Source of the DNA: Mytilus californianus
Taxonomy: Eukaryota
NCBI RefSeq assembly: GCF_021869535.1
Contig: NW_026262712.1
Span: forward strand, 64,976,001-65,040,000
Length of the DNA: 64,000 nt
Reading direction: 5' to 3'
The first letter of the stretch is position 1. Each line of letters opens with the position of its first letter. Under the pieces are notes generated by a model. It saw nothing but the letters and a program-made list of their open reading frames with translations. It had not been told where the DNA came from and searched no databases. Below, piece after piece: positions 48,301 through 60,300 of this stretch. The position numbers were made by a program, and so were the translations under genes.

Positions 48301-51300
48301 AGTGAACAATCGTTGATACTTCTTAAAATGAAATTCACTACTAACAATAATTGGAAAATGGATGATAACTCAACGGCTATACAGTTTTACACGTTGAGAG
48401 TAAATATTGATCAATTGTATTCTGTTATCATGGGAATGTGTGTAATATGTGAGTAACAATTCACTTAATTCTATTTTTACGAAAGTAATGCGTCTTTTTC
48501 GTTGTTTTAATGTTTCCGCATACTATTTCAACCAATTATATGTTATACCTATGTTCCAAATTCGTTGTTAGTTTAACGTATACACGCAGTAGCTCGCTTG
48601 AAGTTTCATCAAATCAGATCAATTGAAGTGCATGTCATAGACGAAAGGCCTTAATTTTACAAATATTTTTTTTAATTGGAAAGAAAAGGAAAAAAAGTTA
48701 TCGCCGGCTCCTTCTGATGTGCTTTTACTGTTGAAAGCAAAAAATACAATTATGCATTATATTTTGTCCATCTTTTTAAATTGTACTAAGGAAAGTAATT
48801 GAAAAGTTTCTATAGCTAAAAACATTCTTATTGTCTCTTAAAATTCAAAGAATTAATCAAAGTACCGAAGTACTGAACATCGGATGACCGTAAGTTCTTG
48901 TGGATTGTCAAAATCACTTGTCACAGAAAAAAATCACATCTCTATACCTGAAACTGAGGTTAATGTACAGAGATATTTTTTTTCTGAGACAAGTTCGTGC
49001 GTGGATCATGAATAAATGACAGGAAATTCAACATCACTGTAATAACTATATTGTAGTGATACAAATCAGTATACACTGGTTTGTTGTTATATATTATGTT
49101 AATATAACAGTTACATGTATATATAATTTTCATCATTTGTGTATCATTATATTCTACTATTCTAATAAGAGTGCAGTGCAAGTGCATGGTGGACACTCTT
49201 CTGTAAAAATTCGATTTTTCTAAAAGATTGGATATTAGTAGGCATTCATATTTTCCCGCAAAAACAATCTTCCATGCAGATTTACTGGTCCTTGCCGTGA
49301 TTGTCGCAAAATATTCTTGAGATATTCTACCGCATGCTTTACCATATCTATGATTTTTTACTTATATATATATATATATATATCTAACGACAAAACATTT
49401 TCATATTATTGGTTTATGTTCTAAACAAAAATATTGTTATCAGTATTCATTGAAGAGATGTATTTATAACAAACGATAAGGAATGTTATTTTGCACTCGT
49501 TAATATCCGCGTATTTATCATGTTTATAGATCGGTTACAAACTCAAAACGAAAGTTGCGTAATGGAAATCTAGGCGATAGCAATACATCGGAATGCCCTC
49601 ACGGTCATCGCGATGTAAAAATCAAATTAGCGTGGAAGAACTGAGCATTATACTTCAGACGTAGAGTTAGATATATTGATAGATTGTTCTTTGCTTTACG
49701 TTCAATTAGCATGTTATTGTATTGATATATAATAGTTTCTTTCAAGTAGCAACATTTTTCCACCTGCTCATCAAAAAGTCATCAACATTTTTTTTAAATG
49801 CTAAACTTAAGGCTTTTAAACCTTATCAAAGATCATGAAATATCTGCTTTCTTTTGATGGTTGAAATAGTATATGAGCTGCTTCGGATAGAAATCGACCT
49901 CATGCAAGTGCACGTATACATGTAAATGTATAAGACTTTGATTGATTTTGGAACATTCAAATACGAAATAAAAGATGAATTTTGGTCTGTTTTGTAGGGT
50001 TCTTATAACAACTCAATTTTCAAACAGTTACAGACTGTCCGTTGAGATTTTCAGCCTGACATAGGTTAAGCGAGGTATTGATATTCATTTGCATAAGGTC
50101 GATTTCTATCCGACGGAGCTCATATTTTTGCGGATATTTTTGGTTAAGTTAATGTCAGATTTACACGTACACGTAGAAGTGAAACATTAGATATCAAGTT
50201 ATGATTTTAATCAAACTATTATGAAGTCTATGTCTCCCAAACGCATGTAAATAAACCCTCTTCGTAGCCGACACTGCTAAAAAAATAAGTTTCGGGTTAG
50301 GTATCTCTTCTTTCGACAGTTCTTAAAATGGAAGGTTCAGGAATTATCCCTGGGGACTCACCCTTCATATTATTTATCTCGCTAACACGAGGTATAACAA
50401 ATACACTATATTTACATTGTTTAGGGGAAGGGATCTCCACTTTTTTCAGGATACTTGAACATTTTCCAACTAATGAGACCATCCTATATAGCATTCAATT
50501 CTACTGAACAGAGGGAACAAGAAAATGTATGGTTCATTTTTTTTCCAATTCCTCGTTGATTTAAAAAGATTATTTTGAACTTAGGTGAATTTGAATATTC
50601 TTATGAGGTCCCTTTAGGTCAGATAGCCCCTAACGTGTCTACGTTTTATACATCCCTGACTTTCAAATGGTTAAGTTTAAGTGTTCCTGATGAAGGTTAA
50701 TCCAGAAAAGCGCTTCGAACGCACGGAATTTAAAAGTGTTATCTTAATTTATAACTATTTAAACTTGACGATTAAATTTGTTTGCTTCTTGTTCCGATAC
50801 AAGTATGATTAAGAACTGAACAAAAACAATCAGTCTTCAAACTTATTTTTGACCTAATAATGAAGCAAAGTAACAATTAGAGATATGTTAGTTAATGCTT
50901 ATCAAAATAACGACAAGATTTATACTAGAAATAGTTTAAAATGAAACAAATTGGTTGACATGCACAACTTATAGATCCCATGATAAGACCACCAAACTAC
51001 ACATTTTTGTTTAGGGGCCAGCTGAAGCCCACCTCCGGGTGCGGGATTTTCTCGCTGTGTTGAAGACCCATTGGTGGCCTTCGCCTATTTTGCTCCTTGG
51101 TTGGTTGTTGTCTCTTTGACACATTCAGCCCCATTTCCATTCTCAATTTTATTGATATTTAATAACCCTCCATAAGAGTTCATAAAAATTCAAGGGAAAG
51201 CCATTTTAGTTCAGATATGAATTTACAGATTCCTGGAAAGAAAAAACGCCCCAGAAATTTGTCGTCTATCCTTAAACTATGGACAAGTTTGGGTGCATTA

Positions 51301-54300
51301 GACCATGCATGTGTTTAAGCAATAAAAATTATATGCGTATTTAGAATTTTGCATCAAACGTGATGATTTCAGCTTTCCAAATGTCAACTTCCCATTTTTA
51401 AGTAGAACACACCCACTTTACATACATGTATCTCAATTATTACCATACGTTCGTGCATGTTCACATTCATTAAAAGAGGTATACAGATACAAGGTTATGA
51501 ATAGGTCTTTCAATGCAAATTGTATTAAAAAAAAAAAAAAAAACATGCAAAATTTGTAATATCTTTTCAACTATAGCATTTAATTTTTTTGGGGATATAT
51601 TCAATTTGTTGAAAAAAATCTTTGAAGTATATTTTTCAGACTTTTATATTCAAATTTCTGTACTTTTTATATAAATTTGTGAGTGAAACAAATAAAAGGT
51701 AAATTATCCCTAACTATTCTTAAAATGAGTTATTTCATGATTTAAGCATTTTTGAAGCAGATGCGATTGTCTTTAATGATCTTCGCTAACGATCCAGACC
51801 TTAAACTTAATGTTTTGCTTGATCAGTCTCGATATTATTTGTTTGAACTATTTTCCCAAGCTATGAAAAACATTAAGCAAACCATGCAAGTTTGTTTTAA
51901 TTAAACCACAGATGACGACGATTAAACAAAACAAAAAATGGCATTATCTAATTTATTCCGCAACTAACTACCTAAAGCCCGGAAGGATACTGTAACATGT
52001 ATTTTATTAGTTCTTAAATAGATCCGGAATCTGCCTTACATACTATCAAAATAAAGTCAACGTGCTTCATGACCTTTACTGTCTGTACATATAATCAAAG
52101 CACTGACGTACTACTACTTCGGATGACCCCAAAGATATGATGGCTGTTAGATAAATAGTACAGAACTCAATCTCCCTGTTGACTGTGAGAAATCACTTGC
52201 AGTTGTTTTATGTCCAGTATCAAATATTTGCATACAATTTAGGACGATAACATATTTAACAGTTGACACTGAATGGGACAACTGAAAGAGAAAAGTGCAA
52301 GGAACTGTCTGAACGCCGGATAAGGAATTCAAATCAACGTTCGCAGTCTGACAAATTGTCAAAAACAGACGCCCTACCGCGAATATATGTCTTCCGATTC
52401 CTATTCCAACACGTACATGTGTATATAAAAGTTAGATTTGACTTTGAAATCAAAGGGTAGGGCCAATTTCCCCCGGAATCTATTTCACAATAGCGGCAAA
52501 AAAAAATCTTTAAATCTTTACTTAAATTCACAGTATCAAAGCTCCGTAAGTGTAATTATAGGTTCTTACAATAATATGGCTAATTCTAAAACAGATGCTC
52601 GGACCAAAGGTATAAATGCCTGAAGGTTGCAGAAAACCGCAAATGTGTCAGAATTTGTCAAAAGTTTAATATTTATCCCTAAAATGCAGTAGTGGTACAT
52701 TCTCATTGAATCTAAAACCAAATTGCTGTTTATAGGTAAATCATGTATTGCAACTTGTAACTTGTTGAGTCCAATCGATTTTGGTTTTATGGTAATATGT
52801 TAAAATTGTTAGAAAATGTAGGTTTGACATTTTATTTATTTTGACTCCGTGTAAAACTAATACAGAGGAAATTGGTCCTATCTCATCCAATGAGCCTCTA
52901 CATTAAGTTTTCCGTGAGTAATCTTAAACATAATTTTGAAAGAATTTAGCGCAAAATTGCACCTCAATGAGAAATGAATCGGTATCCTGAAACCATCGGC
53001 TACATGTATATCATAAATAGATATTCTATGCACAGGAAACTAGTACGGGTTATTTTAGAAACAAATCCTTACAAAAATCAGTTAACGAAAGGAGCATTTT
53101 TTTTTGCTGTTCTATGCATCTACTTAAAGATTATTTTTCATAGTTATCAAACATTTTTTCTTGAATAAAATGATATAATATGTATGATGTGTGTTGCGTT
53201 TATCATACATGTACGCTTATAAATAGATACTTTAATCGTGTACACTGATCATTATAGGTGTCAAACCACCAATTTAAAATCCCTATCTGTTCAACCAAAT
53301 TTTGCAATTTTCACAGCTTTCTAAATATTTTACCTTAAGTTTAACTTCATAGAAACCAGGTATATCCTGAATCGTAAAGGTATCACCTTTCTACATGCCA
53401 ATTTTCAACATACCTTTAAAATCTTATAAGAAAGAAGAGACCTCCCGAACTGAGGTACCACTAAAAATAACCCCTGGTTTTCTGGAAATCTTAAATTAGT
53501 ATACTATGGAGCGCATTAATCCTCAATGTTTAATGCAAACTCATAGACAAGTAAATTTTAGCTCAAAATGGTCTTAATATATTTCTCTTTCACCAAAAGT
53601 TTCATTTCTGCAAATTTGTTGGTTAGTTTAAGTAAACAATGACATCAAATGCACTATTTGTTGTCCGAGTAGGCCTACTTTTACATAGTTCTAAATTGGA
53701 GGGAGTAATTGGTGGTCTGACACCTTATAGAGCATAGCTGTCTCCGTAGTTTTATCTAGATGTTCGAATACCAACAATGGTACTTTCATTCATGATATAA
53801 AAACAAATTCTTAAAACTGGATTTCAATACTTAAATAATTTAGGCATTGAATGATTTTAGAATACGGACGAATACTAACAATATCTTTTGATGAAAATAA
53901 TATTCATGTATTATCTCAAAAATGAATGTTGAGGATAATGTATTAATATAAAAGTTTAACGTTACTAATCAGTAATATTTTAAACACCTCAAGTCCCTGA
54001 TAATAAGTGATACTTGATCGATCGATCATGTAACATGAAAATCGATGTGAATCTATTCACCTCCATTAAAAAAAAGATGAATAAATGCATTTAATTCAGC
54101 ATGTAAACTTGCAATTACACTCAAATAAAAGGTCAAAGTATAAAGGTAAAATTCTATCATATTTGACATCACCAAAATTTAGTTTTTTTGTTGATGGTAC
54201 AGGCCTATACATATCACGAAAAACTGTTACAAACATTTCCAACCGTGAACTTGTACTAAATTGAACGGTACTCTCATTACACAAAGTTTTGGATGTACCA

Positions 54301-57300
54301 TTCAAGCCCGTTTTGTGTGAAAATAAACCCTACAAATAAACTCTCTTAACATTCTTATTTTTCCTTTACATATATCTAAATAAATTCACGTATAATTCAT
54401 ATTCAATATTTTATTAAGCAAAATGAACCCATGTATTAAACACGTGTTAGTCGAAAGTAGTTACAGTTCAGCGGGTAAAACTTTCGAAAAAATTATATCA
54501 GTTAATGAAATTTCCGAAGGAGTTATTACTTTTCCTTTAAAGTTACTTTTATATTCATCTTTTTTCAGTTATGCAATGTGGATTTGCATTCCTAGAGGCT
54601 GGAGCAGTACGGAGTAAAAATGTCACAAACATTCTTATTAAGAATGTGATGGACTCTTGTAAGTGGACTTTACACTATTTTTGGGTTTATAAATATTCGT
54701 CATCACAATGACCACTAGGTCTACAATGATTATGTAATTTTCATAAACATAATTTGGTTTTACCCCCAAAACAATAAACTTAAAGAAACATCATTACCGT
54801 TCAATGACACAAATGACAAAATCCGTAGGTGCACGGAGATTAAAATGATCCGGATGTTAGTATCAATGTTTCTCTTTCAAAGGATAATTAAATCGATTCC
54901 GTCATATTAATTTCCAGCTGATAGATCTTCCTAATAACTTCCAGAAGTAATAAAATAAGTATTTCAAAAGTAGATTTTTACAGAGTTACTGAACTCTATC
55001 TATAGCAAAATATGGCATAACTAAACAGACCACTGTAAATACAGCGTACTGTAAATATTCCGTGTGTTTTATAAAACAATCTTATAGAATCTTTTTAATA
55101 GCTTGTTCTTAGGAATGGTATATATATTCATTTAGAATATTACTAGTTATGAATAGTTTGGTGCATGATTTTTTTTTCTCAATGTTGTGTTTTGTTTTTT
55201 TTTTGTCTCGTTTTGACGAGGTCGAAAAAGCGAAACATGCGTGCTGTTTCAAACGGCGGTGGCGTCAACAATTTATTTGTTTGAGATTAAGTCAGTTTAT
55301 AGGGAACCGCAAGGGTTTTTTCCATTGTATTTGGTATGCAGTTGTATTAAGATTGGCACATCTCATTTCCATGGAGAAAAAAAAATATAGTATTATAAAT
55401 ATGAATAAAGGTTTCATATCTGAATGTTTTACACAATATATTTTACTTTGCTTGTTCAATTTTTTACTTCGGAAACATAGACAAAAAACACCCCTTTACA
55501 CATATACATTTTAAAAGGTGTTTTGGCCTCTTTTCAAATGTTTACCATGTTTTTAGTATGTATTTCTAGTATTTTGAGTATTTACTATTTCAGTTGTTGC
55601 TGGTATTGCTTACTGGATATTTGGCTATGCATTTGCCTATGGCGATGGTGGGAAAGCACAGAAATTTATTGGCGCCACATATTTTGCTTCATATGATATG
55701 GCAATGGACCAGTATGCGAGCTTCTTCTTTCAGTACACTTTCGCTGCAACGGCGGCTACCATCGTCTCAGGGGCTGTAGCGGAAAGATGCGAATTTATAG
55801 CTTATTTTGCCTACAGTTTCGTTATCACTGGTAATTTGTCATAATGTTATAAATACAAGTACGTTCGTTGTATCTATATAAAAAAAAGTGTCCGCAACTT
55901 TAATTTCGTATATTTCGTTATTTTTGGTCACATTGCAATCAAACCAGAGACATGTTATATGGGTTTTATATGTTATATGTGTCTGATCAAAACAATTGTA
56001 GAATTTTGAATTTCATCCAAGATTGTCAAAATACAAACTGCATTGGTATTAATGATATTGCAAAAACCATGATATATAAGTGATATCGACAACTTCTTTG
56101 CATGTTTCATAACAGTCAAACGGATATTAAACGATACTTTTGCTATATTTAATGTAATCATTGCTAATAATTTGTATCAAATACAAAAATAATCTTTGCT
56201 GTTGCTTAAGGAATTTCATATTACTTTTAAAAACCTTTTAATATTTTGATAATGCATTTTTAGGATTCATTTACCCTGTTGTAACACATTGGGCCTGGGG
56301 AAGTGGATGGTTGGTAGATGGACACAACTATGGTGGAGACATTGGTCAAATTGCTTACCAGGTATTTAAAAAAATCAAATCACTTCTTTTTGGAAAATAT
56401 GCTACACAACGTTGTGAATGATCTTCCAAAATTCCACCTGGATCGTTCATTCGGCATTCTTAAGATTTGCCATGATAACTTCTTACATTTTTAAAAGCAT
56501 ATGCCACCTGTGCTCGGGTGAGAATAACTCTTAAGACTTCTAGTATATAGAACCCACATTTGATTGTAACTTGGGTCTAAATGGTGTGTTTCAGTTACAT
56601 TTTTTAAAATTAGACTAAAGTCTTAATTTTTTGACATTTTTTTTTTATTATTGAATGAATACCAAGACAATACATTGCATTTACATTGTATTTAATTTCC
56701 AGATAACCACCATGATGACCCTTTAAAACGTCTGACGAAGGATTGTGACGATTCGCCGTTTCAGAATCTAAAGGACTGAGTAATTTAGTTAATCACAACC
56801 GTTTTTGGTCACTTTTGAAAATATTACCCAGAATGCAATTAGATTCTGAAACGTCGTAATATTGCTTCGGTTAATTACTTTGTTCAGTTTAAACAAATTA
56901 TTACCTTTCAGTAAAAATTGTCTTTACTTGTAAAATAAAATTGAAAATGGAAATGGGGAATGTGTCAAAAAGACAACAACCCGACCAAAGAGTATCTTTT
57001 AAACTCGTATACAAAAGGTAGCCGTGTAAATGATGTGCTAATCTTGTATTATCTTTATTCAGGATTTTGCAGGCAGTGGTGTTGTTCACGTTCTGGGTGG
57101 CGTTTGTGCTTTTATAGGAGCTGCACTTTTAGGACCAAGAATTGGTAGATTCCAGAAAGGTTCTAATGTTGTTGGAACTCTGCGAGGACATTCCGTGCCT
57201 GTATGTCATCAACCTCTTTATACAAATTATCAACTGTTTAAAAAAAAAGTCCTTTTTATTAATATCTCTGATATCAAGCTGTCAAAAAACCTAAACATTA

Positions 57301-60300
57301 AGGTTATTTCAATTTCTTTTAACACCTTTAAAAAATATGCCTGGATACCATTACAATTTACATAGTGCTGTTTAAAGGAGAGAAAAAAACAGAGATACAA
57401 AACTTGACACATTGCACTTGTTGTTAAATTGACTTTTTCATGTATACAGTATACAATAAAATGTATAAGTTTTAACAATTTCTTTATTTAATTTGTAGAT
57501 TGCTGCTCTTGGAGGTTTTATTCTATTCTTTGGATTCTTGGCTTTCAATGGAGGATCACAGCTCACAATTAGTTCTGAGGGAGATGGCGCTGCAGTAGCT
57601 GTTTCTGTTGTCAATACAATAATATCTGCCTCCTTTGCTGCCTTCGGTTCACTCATCATAAACAGGTTACATATATTTGGAAATACGTGGAGTTTACTTG
57701 TCACCATCAACGGAGCTTTAACGGGAATGGTAATATTTTCATACTTTCTCAGCAATAAATTATGCAATTATCCTCAGAAATTGATTCACAACTAACACGA
57801 ATGCAATGGACCCCAGCTCTAAGTGTTGCTGCACTATTGGAACCTTTTGGTTTTGACGATATTGTTTGATCCAAAAGTTATTATGACTAAACTGGTTGAT
57901 CTAGAAATAATTTTTACGACACTGTTGGCCCAGACGTCATTTACGAGGACACAGACTGAGAAACATTATACACTAGGACGAAAATTGAATTTCTAAATTG
58001 GTCCATTTGTGGGACGAAATTTAGTTTGTAATTCATATAGTTTATGACAATATCTAGTAAAATCTGCATAATAATATTGTTCTTTTTCTTCTCAGGTTGC
58101 TGCCTGTGCTGGATGTAACCAGATGCATCCTTGGAGTGCTGCTGTACTAGGCTTGTTTGCAGCTATATCTTATACATTGTGGTCCACAGTAATGAAAAAA
58201 CTTAACATCGACGATCCTTTAGACGCCGTTGCAGGTAGGAGAGAGATTTTCCGAAGTCTTCACTATCATATTTTGTCTAGTGCATCCTTTTCTTCGAATG
58301 TAAAAAGTAACCGTTTAAGCAGTTGTGATTTTTAAATATTTTACTAGATAGTTGTTTGGACCATGGAAGTAAAATATAATACTTCCATGTTTGGACTAAT
58401 GTAGCGACATGCATATAAGATATAAAACAAATCTTTCTTTTCAAGGCTGCACAAGTGTTTAGGATTAAAATATTTCTTTGAGCAACGTTTATAAACATTG
58501 CAGGGATAAATATTTTTTATAAGGTCACAACCTTCCTCGGAATTATTTAGGTTTTAATCTTGCGAAAACAAACTTAGTTACTTTTCTCGTTTGAAGTGTT
58601 TTACATTTGTCATTTCGGGGCCTTTTATAGCTTACTAAGCGGTATGGGTTTTACTCATTGTTGAAGACTGTACGTTGACCTATAGTTGTTAACTTCTAAG
58701 TCATTTGGTTTCTGGTGGAGATTTGTCTCACTGGGAATCATGTCGCATATTCTTATTTTTCTATTTATGCTAATTGTTTAAACTATAATGCCCAATTGTA
58801 CTACATGGCAAAAAAAAATATAAGAGTACGTTTTATACAATGAATAATTGGACCATTTTCAGAACAAAGTTTTTTGTGTAATTGATTGACTTAAACTGAG
58901 CTTCATGTTTTGTCAGTACATTTTGGAGGAGGTATAACCGGCGTTATCCTGATTGCTTTCCTAGATAAAGATGATGGTATACTGTTTAACTGGGACAAAA
59001 AGTCTGGTCTGGTAAGCAAAGATACTTATCATTTGTTATTGCTTCAAATTTGTTCATCCTTATTTTTTCCTGCAAGCGGACAGCTAACAAGTATATAAAT
59101 AAACTTTTGCTTTATTTGTATTATGAACAGAGATCGTCGCCCGGTACCCTGCTTCTATTTTGTGTGAACGATTATATTTAATTACTGTTAACTTCAGAGT
59201 TAATCTAGGGGTCCTCTTTGCAGTCCGCGTTTAAGCAATGCCAATGTCTTTGACAGGAGAGAGAAGATACTAAGGGGGCAATAAAAAAAAAACATAAGTC
59301 GAAGCTTTATCATAGCCAAAACGAAAAACGACGACGAAGATTTTTCATAGCCAAAACGAAAAACGACGACGAAGATTTATCATAGCCAAAACGAAAAACG
59401 ACGACGAAGATTTTTCATAGCCAAAACGAAAAACGACGACGAAGATTTTTCATAGCCAAAACGAAAAACGACGACGAAGATTTATCATAGCCAAAACGAA
59501 AAACAACGACGAAGATTTGTCATAGCCAAAACGAAAAACGACGACGAAGATTTATCATAGTCAAATCCAAAAACGACGACGAAGATTTATCATAGCAAAA
59601 ACGAAAAACGACGACGAAGATTTATCATGTCCCAAAACGAAAAACAACGACGAAGATTTGTCATAGCCAAAACGAAAAACGACGACGAAGATTTTATCAT
59701 AGTCAAATCCAAAAACGACGACGAAGATTTATCATAGCCAAAACGAAAAACGACGACGAAGATTTATCATAGCCAAAACGAAAAACAACGACGAAGATTT
59801 GTCAAAGCCAAAACGAAAAACGACGACGAAGATTTATCATAGTCAAATCCAAAAACGACGACGAAGATTTATCATAGCCAAATCGAAAAACGACGACGAA
59901 GATTTGTCATAGCCAAAACGAAAAACGACGACGAAGATTTGTCATAGCCAAAACTAAAAACGACGAAAAGAAAAAAGTCCCAAAAAAACACAACACAGAA
60001 AACTCGGGGCTATGTCGCATTTAAAATCACGATTGGGAATTAGAATAACTATAGATCATTAAAAGTCAATGCAAAAGTTGACTGTACTCGCTATAAGGTA
60101 CAAAACGAGCCTCTCTTATTCTTCCTGTATTTAAAACTTGTACCATAAAATTTTATATTTTCAAACAATGAACAATAAACACGGCATGTATATATATGCA
60201 TGGATGTTAAACATTGAATATTTAAGTTACTTTGTATCTTTACTTTTCTTTTATTTTTATTATCGTCTTAACTATCATATATTCTGGTAAAAAAAAGAAT

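Noticed and set aside
59311-59965. 35-bp repeats as a CRISPR array
   Set aside because: The units are head-to-tail with no spacers, so this is a minisatellite.
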